In this document: piece by piece, positions 27,617 through 35,249 of the stretch
Position numbering within the stretch: position 1 is the first letter of the stretch
How the letters are laid out: each line of letters opens with the position of its first letter
NCBI GenBank assembly: GCA_964408705.1
Contig: CAYPAI010000002.1
Coordinates: 2,618 to 56,645, forward strand
Reading direction: 5' to 3'
DNA: 54,028 nt
Source: Candidatus Woesearchaeota archaeon
GTDB lineage: Archaea; Nanobdellota; Nanobdellia; SCGC-AAA011-G17; PNOQ01
Notes under the pieces: model-generated
What the model saw: only the letters and a program-made list of their open reading frames with translations
What the model was told of the DNA's origin: nothing
The model's database searches: none
Program-made: the position numbers and the translations under genes

Positions 27617-27930
27617 TTTAAAATTTCTAGAATTAGAGGACCATTTGTTCCTCTTTTATCATCTTCTTCTAATTTGTCTTCTAGTTTATTTACGTTATCT
27701 TTATTATTTTCTTTTTTATTTTCTCGATCTTTCCACCCTTTGTAACAATAAGGTATCTTATCTAAATTTCCTTCTCTTTTTATTTTAACGTACAATCCAG
27801 AATTTTGTTTTTGTAATTGGCCCCTCGTAAGTCCAGGATAATGGGTGTGGTATAAATCTAATCCGCACTTATATCTCGGATTATCTCTAACTTGTGACCA
27901 TTTAATCTTGTATTTAACTTTATTTGCCAA
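27613..27930 (-). CDS. hypothetical protein with a Y..HYPGLTRGQL...SGLY....REG.L..IP motif
   Basis: 105-aa ORF; short helical basic motif. Confidence 0.65.
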   Translation of the reverse strand: MANKVKYKIKWSQVRDNPRYKCGLDLYHTHYPGLTRGQLQKQNSGLYVKIKREGNLDKIPYCYKGWKDRENKKENNKDNVNKLEDKLEEDDKRGTNGPLILEILN

Positions 27931-27959
27931 TTTTATATTGTTCTTTAAAATTATAAAAT

Positions 27960-28118
27960 TTATTTATTATATTTTTTATCATTAAAATTAAACTTTATTC
28001 CCATATCTTCATACTCATTCTGAATAAAAACTTTCCCAAAACTAATTAAATAATCTTTAGTTAGTTTTCCTTTAGTTTTTAGTTCATTAACAATATACTC
28101 TAATTTGTTATTATCCAT
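27960..28118 (-). CDS. small hypothetical protein, 52 aa
   Basis: Manually translated: MDNNKLEYIVNELKTKGKLTKDYLISFGKVFIQNEYEDMGIKFNFNDKKYNK; co-oriented with its neighbours. Confidence 0.45.
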   Translation of the reverse strand: MDNNKLEYIVNELKTKGKLTKDYLISFGKVFIQNEYEDMGIKFNFNDKKYNK

Positions 28119-28150
28119 TTTATTTATCTAATGTTAATTAGTATAAAAGA

Positions 28151-28435
28151 TTAACTAACTTTATCAAATTTTGAATAGTTTAAGTCTAGTTCAGTTCTGA
28201 AAGAACCATAGTCCCTAGATAATTGCTCAAATCCTTCATAAAATTTGCAAGTTTCAACTAAGCCTAATTTCAAATTATTTAGACGGTACATATCATTAGA
28301 AATATTCTTAGCGATATCTTCTAATCTTTCATCATCCACATAAGGTCTTGAAGTTATATTATTGAAATCTTCCTTCATTGATTCTAAATTCTTTGAAAAT
28401 TCTTTAACTAATCTATTATAATTTCCTGCGTCCAT
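28151..28435 (-). CDS. hypothetical protein
   Basis: 94-aa helical ORF. Confidence 0.6.
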   Translation of the reverse strand: MDAGNYNRLVKEFSKNLESMKEDFNNITSRPYVDDERLEDIAKNISNDMYRLNNLKLGLVETCKFYEGFEQLSRDYGSFRTELDLNYSKFDKVS

Positions 28436-28469
28436 TATATTTTTGTTCTTGCTTCATTTAAAAATATTT

Positions 28470-28811
28470 CTAATTTTTAATTTTATTTAAACTTTCTTTA
28501 TCTCTTGCAATAATCGCTATATCTTTGTTAAAAATAATGGGTCTTTGTAAAATTTTGGGATACTTACAGATTAAGCTAATTGTATCATCATCAGATAAAT
28601 TTTTATTTTTAATATATAATTTATATTCTTCTTCATTCTTTCTTATGATGTCTAAAACTTTTAAATTTCCATTTTTTAAAATATTTTTTATATCTTTATT
28701 AGATATCTTTGATTTTAAGTATTCAATAACTTTAAATTTGATATTATTATCTTCTAAGAAACTTTTAGCTATCCTACATTTACTACATCTTGAATTATAA
28801 TATATCTTCAT
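28470..28811 (-). CDS. ArsC/Spx/YffB-family thioredoxin-fold protein
   Basis: KIYYNSRCSKCR, IEYLK, IIRKNE, PKILQRPII. Confidence 0.88.
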   Translation of the reverse strand: MKIYYNSRCSKCRIAKSFLEDNNIKFKVIEYLKSKISNKDIKNILKNGNLKVLDIIRKNEEEYKLYIKNKNLSDDDTISLICKYPKILQRPIIFNKDIAIIARDKESLNKIKN

Positions 28812-28846
28812 AATTTTTAACTAATTAAATTGATATAAAAAACTAA

Positions 28847-29050
28847 CTAACCTTTCTTAGAATAATAATTTCCTTTATATTTAACATAACCATTCTCTTC
28901 CATTTCAAAAACAAATTCCCTCTCTAATTCCCTTTCCCTATCTCTATTCTTTCTTAATTTATAGAACTCATTTACGGAACCAATATGACGTTTAACAGTT
29001 TCTAAACATTGATAATCTAAGTTCTTGTAAATATTATAATCCTTACCCAT
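28847..29050 (-). CDS. hypothetical protein
   Basis: 67-aa ORF. Confidence 0.55.
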   Translation of the reverse strand: MGKDYNIYKNLDYQCLETVKRHIGSVNEFYKLRKNRDRERELEREFVFEMEENGYVKYKGNYYSKKG

Positions 29051-29129
29051 AAAAAATTTCTAATAGTTATTATATAAAAGAGTAACTGAAATAAAAATAT
29101 TTTTAAATAGTTGATTTAATATTGTTAGT

Positions 29130-30113
29130 ATGAAAAAAGAACTTATTATGTTGTGCCTAGGGCTATTTGTGATAACAGGTTGTTTGCAAAATACAGAGTG
29201 TAGTGAATATGACTATTGGGAAAAAAGTTCTAACGAACAACCTTATCCTGGTATAAACTGCCAAAATGGACCTTTGAAGACAGTAGGTACAACTTTCTTT
29301 GTATATAAGGACTATCAGAATGTTGATTATATCTCTAGTGAAAACTCAATAGAAAGGGGTCTTCAGTTAATAAACAGTGTTTGGAACCCTCATGGAATAA
29401 ATTTTAAACTAGATGAAATAATATATGTGGACTCCAAATTTCCAAGTCCTAATGAAGTTCAAGGAGATGATGGCGAAACGACCATCGAGTATGGTGAAGC
29501 AGTTCCAAATTCAGCATTAGGTCCTGAATTTGAAAATGGGTACAATCCAAAAAATGTAAATATTATTTTACTTGCAGATGGTTGGGGTGCATATAGTTTA
29601 TATCCTTGGGCAAAAACAGGACACCATACTACTAAAGTTAGAGCAAGCACTTTAGAGACTAGTTTTATTCCTGCACATGAGCTAGGACATTTTCTTGGTT
29701 TGTACCACACTCACGACAATAGTCAAAGTTTAGAAGAAGATTATACTGGATTAAGTAAAGTTCAGAATGGTTTTTCAATTAGTGGACCTCCTAATTGGGC
29801 CACAGATGCACAAGATTGTTACTTAAATGGAGATTATATTTGTGATACTCATTATGATTGTTATAATTTTTGTGAAGAAATGTTGGGCTGTAGTGGGAAA
29901 TATTTATATGAAAATGAAAAACCAGGAAAGGAACAAAGCAATTATCCTGATTGTGATTCTAGCTATCAACCTCCTCTATACAATTTGATGAGTAGGTATG
30001 GTGGGAGAGAATTTATAACTTCTCAACAAGGTGCTAGAGCAAGATATTATTTGAACTATAGGCTAAATAATGAATTATATGGTAATGTCTTAGAAGAAAT
30101 AGGAGAATATTAA
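29130..30113 (+). CDS. M43 (pappalysin/ulilysin-like) zinc metalloprotease, predicted lipoprotein
   Basis: Lipobox-like VITG-C18; HELGHFLGLYHT metzincin motif; GDYICDT; NLMS Met-turn. Confidence 0.85.
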   Translation: MKKELIMLCLGLFVITGCLQNTECSEYDYWEKSSNEQPYPGINCQNGPLKTVGTTFFVYKDYQNVDYISSENSIERGLQLINSVWNPHGINFKLDEIIYVDSKFPSPNEVQGDDGETTIEYGEAVPNSALGPEFENGYNPKNVNIILLADGWGAYSLYPWAKTGHHTTKVRASTLETSFIPAHELGHFLGLYHTHDNSQSLEEDYTGLSKVQNGFSISGPPNWATDAQDCYLNGDYICDTHYDCYNFCEEMLGCSGKYLYENEKPGKEQSNYPDCDSSYQPPLYNLMSRYGGREFITSQQGARARYYLNYRLNNELYGNVLEEIGEY

Positions 30114-30114
30114 A

Positions 30115-30573
30115 ATGAAAGTTGGAGATAAACTATCAAACTTTTTATTAAAAGATAGAAATGGAGTTATGCACTCATTGAGAGATATAACTTCGGATTA
30201 TATCATTTTATACTTTTATCCGAAAGATAATACCCCTGGGTGCACTATTGAGGCCAATAAATTTAATGAAGATATAAAAAAATTTAGAAAGATGAATGCT
30301 GAAATAATTGGAATATCTGGTGGAAATGAAAAAACAAAAGATAAATTTTGTAATGCTAATAATTTGAAGATATTGTTATTATCTGATACGGACTTTAAAA
30401 TTTCAACTAAGTATGGCCTTTATGGTGAAAAATCATTTATGGGTAGAAAGTATATGGGAATATCAAGAGTTACTTTTATTTTAGATAAAAATAAAAAAAT
30501 AATAAAAATATATGATAAAGTTAAACCACTTACACACTCTAAAGAGGTTTTAAAGTTTATAGAAGATTTATGA
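30115..30573 (+). CDS. bcp: peroxiredoxin Bcp/PrxQ
   Basis: LYFYPKDNTPGCTIEA, IIGIS, LLSD, GISRVTFILD. Confidence 0.94.
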   Translation: MKVGDKLSNFLLKDRNGVMHSLRDITSDYIILYFYPKDNTPGCTIEANKFNEDIKKFRKMNAEIIGISGGNEKTKDKFCNANNLKILLLSDTDFKISTKYGLYGEKSFMGRKYMGISRVTFILDKNKKIIKIYDKVKPLTHSKEVLKFIEDL

Positions 30574-31223
30574 TGACAGATATAGGCAAAGTTTATGATA
30601 TATTGAAGAAAGAAGTGATTAACTATAACGTTCCTGTTGTGAATATAATTCAAGTTCAAACAAAAGATCCATTTAAAGTTTTAATTACAACTATTTTATC
30701 TGCAAGGACAAAAGATGAAGTTACGTACTTAGCTGCAAAAAAATTATTTTCTAAAATTAAAAATATAAAAGATTTAGAAAAAATATCTAAAAAAGATATT
30801 GAAAAATTGATATATCCTGTTGGATTCTATACAACTAAAGCTAAAAATTTAAAATTATTACCTAAAATTCTAAAAAAAGAATTTAATAATATTATCCCCA
30901 ACACTGTTGAAGAACTAATTAAATTACCTGGTGTTGGAAGAAAAACAGCAAACTTAGTAGTTACTATAGCATTTGATAAACATGCAATTTGTGTAGATAC
31001 TCATGTTCATAGGATTATGAACAGATTGGGTTATATTAAAACAAAAACACCACATGAAACTGAGATGAGACTTAGAAAAAAATTACCAAAAAAATATTGG
31101 AAAACAATAAACTCTATTTTAGTTGCATTTGGACAAAATACATGCAAACCAATTTCTCCGTTTTGTAGTAAATGCCCGGTTTATAATGAATGTAAGAGAA
31201 TAAATATAAAAAAATCAAGATAA
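30570..31223 (+). CDS. nth: endonuclease III
   Basis: LITTILSARTKD, HhH LPGVGRKTA, VDTHVHR, C-terminal C-x6-C-x2-C-x5-C Fe-S motif. Confidence 0.95.
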   Translation: MMTDIGKVYDILKKEVINYNVPVVNIIQVQTKDPFKVLITTILSARTKDEVTYLAAKKLFSKIKNIKDLEKISKKDIEKLIYPVGFYTTKAKNLKLLPKILKKEFNNIIPNTVEELIKLPGVGRKTANLVVTIAFDKHAICVDTHVHRIMNRLGYIKTKTPHETEMRLRKKLPKKYWKTINSILVAFGQNTCKPISPFCSKCPVYNECKRINIKKSR

Positions 31224-32900
31224 TACTGCATTAGAAAGTACAACCACATCAAGTACATTATACCCGCCATCACCATTAATATCAAATGAACAACTGCAAG
31301 ATGATGAGAGAACACAATTAACAAGACTTACAACGTCTAACACGTTAGTAGAACCATCTCCATTTAAATCAAAAGTTTGAGATCTTTTAACACAACTCCT
31401 GGAGTTATAAATTTCCGTAGTTGACATTATACAAGCGCCTTCTGAAAATTCATTACACCATTCTTCAATCCAAACTAATTCTGCACCATAATAACTACAA
31501 TCATCTGGATTATTTAAACACCAGGATTCATCGATATTAGGTGTACATCCAGTTGAATTTTCCCAACACCAATAATTACAGTAATGGAAGTCACATCCAG
31601 TTGCCTCATCACAACTTTCATCAGAATAACTACTATTCTCTCCACTTTCAAGAATATCTAAATGAATTGGACATCCGCAATATTCAGAAATACAATTACC
31701 TTCACAATTGAATCCTTCTTGAGCATACTCACAACTTCCATCATCTACTGTAGCATCAGGTTTATAGTTACAAGCAGTAGTGTCTGTACACCCTAAAACC
31801 CCTCCTACACATTCTCCCCAATAATCTACTGAAACCCCCGCTTGTTGGGCATGGCATGCACCCCAATAAGTAATAGCATCACAACCACAAACTGGCTCAT
31901 AAGCTCCACTCTGGGTACATTCCACATTCCAAGTCATACATTCACCAAAATCAGCAGTACATTCATCAAATCTACAAAATTCTTCCAAACCACAATCTAC
32001 ATCATTGCTACAATAAATAATATTTCCTGAACACTGGCCCGCATAATCTACAGACCAACCATTGGAATGAGCATCACAAATATTTCCATAAGTAACACCA
32101 TTACAACCACAAACAGGATCATATTCAGTATTACAATCTACAGGCATAGTTATACATTCGCCATTGGCACCCATACAAGTTCCATCTTGATAATAACAAA
32201 AAGAATCAGCACTACACATAGAGTTATCTAAACAATAGCTGGGTCCTTCTCCACAATCAAATCCCGGTTCTGCATAATGACACAATCCAGGGTATAAAGG
32301 AACACCTGAATCATCATAGTAATAAATAATTTCAGGATCATAATTGCAAGCTTCTTCATCTAGGCAAACAAAGAAATATCCCAATGGAATTGAAGTAAAG
32401 GAAATTGGTAAAATACTCTCTCCATTTTCATTAAAAACTGATATTGGAATCGTTGTTCCACCAATATCAGGACTTATAAAAAATCCACCATCAAAAACAT
32501 AATCATCATTAAGGGGGACATAAAAAAGAATATCATTACTACTTGAAGGAGGAATCAATGGCCCAGTACTGTATCCAGATATAGTATACCCTCCATCTCC
32601 ATATTCACCTACACTCATTGCAAAATCAAATTGTTCTGATAACCCTCCGTACGGTTGGAAAATTTCAAATCCTTCACCTCCCCCAATTAGATTTATTTGA
32701 AAACTACTAATATAATGTTCACAATTATTAATTTTGATAAACATATACTCTGGAAAATTTTCACTTTCATATTCACTCCAATCAAGATCTAATTCTAAAG
32801 AACATTCAAAATCATAACTTCTTTCAGGAGACCTCTCAGGAGAGCATCCAGAACTAATTAAAACAATAATTAAAAATAAACTTAAAATACCTCTTTTCAT
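31215..32900 (-). CDS. Cys-rich surface lipoprotein with Kazal-type domains and C-terminal dockerin-like EF-hand repeats
   Basis: Lipobox-like ISSG-C19; two PVCGC...TY...C.A...G Kazal motifs; two (G)C.D..ACNY repeats; DLNGDG..NVLDVV.L / DINGDG..NVLDVV.L. Confidence 0.8.
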   Translation of the reverse strand: MKRGILSLFLIIVLISSGCSPERSPERSYDFECSLELDLDWSEYESENFPEYMFIKINNCEHYISSFQINLIGGGEGFEIFQPYGGLSEQFDFAMSVGEYGDGGYTISGYSTGPLIPPSSSNDILFYVPLNDDYVFDGGFFISPDIGGTTIPISVFNENGESILPISFTSIPLGYFFVCLDEEACNYDPEIIYYYDDSGVPLYPGLCHYAEPGFDCGEGPSYCLDNSMCSADSFCYYQDGTCMGANGECITMPVDCNTEYDPVCGCNGVTYGNICDAHSNGWSVDYAGQCSGNIIYCSNDVDCGLEEFCRFDECTADFGECMTWNVECTQSGAYEPVCGCDAITYWGACHAQQAGVSVDYWGECVGGVLGCTDTTACNYKPDATVDDGSCEYAQEGFNCEGNCISEYCGCPIHLDILESGENSSYSDESCDEATGCDFHYCNYWCWENSTGCTPNIDESWCLNNPDDCSYYGAELVWIEEWCNEFSEGACIMSTTEIYNSRSCVKRSQTFDLNGDGSTNVLDVVSLVNCVLSSSCSCSFDINGDGGYNVLDVVVLSNAVLS

Positions 32901-32951
32901 ATAATTATAAAGAAATAAATTATTATAAAAGATTATCTATTAAATAATTAA

Positions 32952-33575
32952 ATGAATAATTTAGTAGAACAAATAAAGAATATTAATCTAGATATAAAAT
33001 CTAAAGTAAATCAAAGGATCAAAGAATTTGAATCATTTCAAAATAAAAATACAGAAGAATGGTTTTCTGAATTATGTTTTTGTTTGCTTACTGCAAATTC
33101 TAAGGCTCAAACAGCGATTAATATTCAAAATCAATTAAACTACGAAGGATTTTATAATTTAAAAGAAAGGGAAATAAGTAACGTAATTAAAAAAAATAAA
33201 CATAGATTTCATAACAATAAGGCAAAATATATAGTTGAAGCAAGAAAGCATAGAAAAATTAAGGATATAATAAAAAATAAAGAAGAAAAGGAATCGAGGA
33301 TTTGGCTAGTAGATAATATTAAGGGTTTAGGGTACAAAGAAGCTTCACACTTCTTAAGAAATGTTGGGTACAAAAATTTAGCAATTTTAGATAGACATAT
33401 ATTGAGGTCAATGAAAGAAAATAATCTAATAAAAAGTATACCAAGTACACTAAACAAAAAAAATTATGAAGAAATGGAGTATAAACTACACGAAGTATGT
33501 ACTGAGACAAATCTTTCGATGGCAGAATTAGACATTTACATTTGGTACTTAGAAACTAATAAAGTTCTAAAATAA
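32952..33575 (+). CDS. ogg: 8-oxoguanine DNA glycosylase/AP lyase (archaeal/Thermotoga Ogg type)
   Basis: FSELCFCLLTANS, RFHNNKAKYI, IKGLGYKEASHFLRNVG, AILDRHILR, LDIYIWY. Confidence 0.93.
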   Translation: MNNLVEQIKNINLDIKSKVNQRIKEFESFQNKNTEEWFSELCFCLLTANSKAQTAINIQNQLNYEGFYNLKEREISNVIKKNKHRFHNNKAKYIVEARKHRKIKDIIKNKEEKESRIWLVDNIKGLGYKEASHFLRNVGYKNLAILDRHILRSMKENNLIKSIPSTLNKKNYEEMEYKLHEVCTETNLSMAELDIYIWYLETNKVLK

Positions 33576-33608
33576 ACACTTATAAGCTATATTTAATTCG
33601 ATTTATTT

Positions 33609-34661
33609 ATGAAATTAGATATAGATAAACTAGATATTGGAAAAATTTTAAATTATTCAATAGATCCATTTAACTCATATAAACTATTAAAAAGGGAATT
33701 AAAAGAAGTTTCGAAATCCTTAGAAGAAAGATTTTTTTTTGGCTATGAGTTATTAGATAATTTTCAACAACATGTTAATATCAATAATTATGGTGGAAAA
33801 TTTGCAAATAAGGTGGTAAGAACTAGATATGATCTTCTTGATAACCTAATGAGTAGTAGACCTAAAAATATGGTTTCAAAATTAAAAAAATTTTATAGAA
33901 TTTATCATAAAGGTGAACAAACTCATAATCGGAAGCACCCTTTAAAAAGGACTGGACTAGACACAAAATATATTGAATTATGCCTGTATACTCATAAATG
34001 GAGACAAAAGGTAGAAAAAAAGGATTCAAAAGAAGATCAATCATTTTATCAAATTCTAAAAAATACAAAATTCGATAGATGTAATCTTTTGATTCAGAAT
34101 AATCCTAATCAAAATCATATTTTTCATTCCGTATTTCAAAGGCAAAAATCAAAAAAATCAATAATAGATAAACTAATCAGTAAGACTATGCAAGATATTG
34201 AAACTACTAATATCTATCCAAAGAGATTTTATAATCTGAATTACAATATAAAAGACTTTTTTGCAATGAGAATTTGTAGTCCTCGTTTAGGAAGAAGGGC
34301 TAGAGCTAAAATAAATGAATTAATAACTTATGAAGGGCAGTTGGGTAAGAGAAAAGTTCATAATAATGAGTGGATTTCTATAAATAAGGTCGACTATACA
34401 AAAAATAATGATATAAACATAAACCACATAAAACATTATCTTAGGACTGTAGATTATCCTATTGCTCCTTTAATAGAAGTACAATTCTCAACATTAGAGG
34501 ATATGTTACTTGATGAATTTTTTACTGCATCAGGACATTTACTTAAGGAAAGAAAACGGAAAAGTAAACTAAAAAAGGGAAGAAAGAAAAATAGTGATGT
34601 AGAAGAAATACAAAAAAGAGTAAAAGGTAGGCTTGATATAGTTTTAGACTTCTTAGACTAA
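33609..34661 (+). CDS. RelA/SpoT synthetase-domain (SAS-like) nucleotidyltransferase
   Basis: RQKSKKSIIDK, IKDFFAMRIC, VDY...H and IEVQFSTLEDMLLDEFFTASGH occur in RSH synthetase motif order. Confidence 0.65.
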   Translation: MKLDIDKLDIGKILNYSIDPFNSYKLLKRELKEVSKSLEERFFFGYELLDNFQQHVNINNYGGKFANKVVRTRYDLLDNLMSSRPKNMVSKLKKFYRIYHKGEQTHNRKHPLKRTGLDTKYIELCLYTHKWRQKVEKKDSKEDQSFYQILKNTKFDRCNLLIQNNPNQNHIFHSVFQRQKSKKSIIDKLISKTMQDIETTNIYPKRFYNLNYNIKDFFAMRICSPRLGRRARAKINELITYEGQLGKRKVHNNEWISINKVDYTKNNDININHIKHYLRTVDYPIAPLIEVQFSTLEDMLLDEFFTASGHLLKERKRKSKLKKGRKKNSDVEEIQKRVKGRLDIVLDFLD

Positions 34662-35218
34662 ATTCTATTTGAAACTACTTTCCAATTGATTGAATTGAAA
34701 AATGACTCAATATAGTCTACTCTTTTTAATCCATAATCTGTCATAAATGCGTGTTCAAATACATCCATTACTAATAAAGGATTAGATCCTGCAAGACTTC
34801 CCAAATCATGTTCATTTATCCATAAATTAAATAATTTTTCTGAATCCTTATCATAAGCTAGAATCACCCATCCTATTCCCCTAGTTAAACCAGTTTGTTT
34901 GAAGTCTTTTTCCCAAGCCTCATAAGATCCGAAATTATCAATAATTTTTTTATATAAGTCTTTACTATCATTTAATGGCTGAAAGTCCTTAGTAAGATTA
35001 TCAAAATATAATTCATGGAGCCTCATACCATTAAACTCCCAACCAAACCTTCTTTTAAGTTCACCATATTGGTAAATCTCACAATTTTCTAGAAGGTTAA
35101 TAACATTATTTGTATTTGTAACGTATCCTTGATATAATGTAAAATGATTTTTTAATAATTCATCGCTAAACCCTTCTAATCCTAGTAACTTTTCGTAGTT
35201 CTTTGCTTGATATGTCAT
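34658..35218 (-). CDS. sod: Fe/Mn superoxide dismutase (short, ChrC-like subtype)
   Basis: NHFTLYQGYV, FNGMRLHELYFDNL, GWVIL, DVFEHAF metal ligands. Confidence 0.9.
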   Translation of the reverse strand: MTYQAKNYEKLLGLEGFSDELLKNHFTLYQGYVTNTNNVINLLENCEIYQYGELKRRFGWEFNGMRLHELYFDNLTKDFQPLNDSKDLYKKIIDNFGSYEAWEKDFKQTGLTRGIGWVILAYDKDSEKLFNLWINEHDLGSLAGSNPLLVMDVFEHAFMTDYGLKRVDYIESFFNSINWKVVSNRI

Positions 35219-35249
35219 TTTTTTAATTAAAACGTTATACTATAAAAAA

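Noticed and set aside
31215-31400. Dockerin as evidence of a cellulosome
   Set aside because: No glycoside hydrolases or scaffoldin here; dockerin-like EF-hand pairs are common outside cellulosomes
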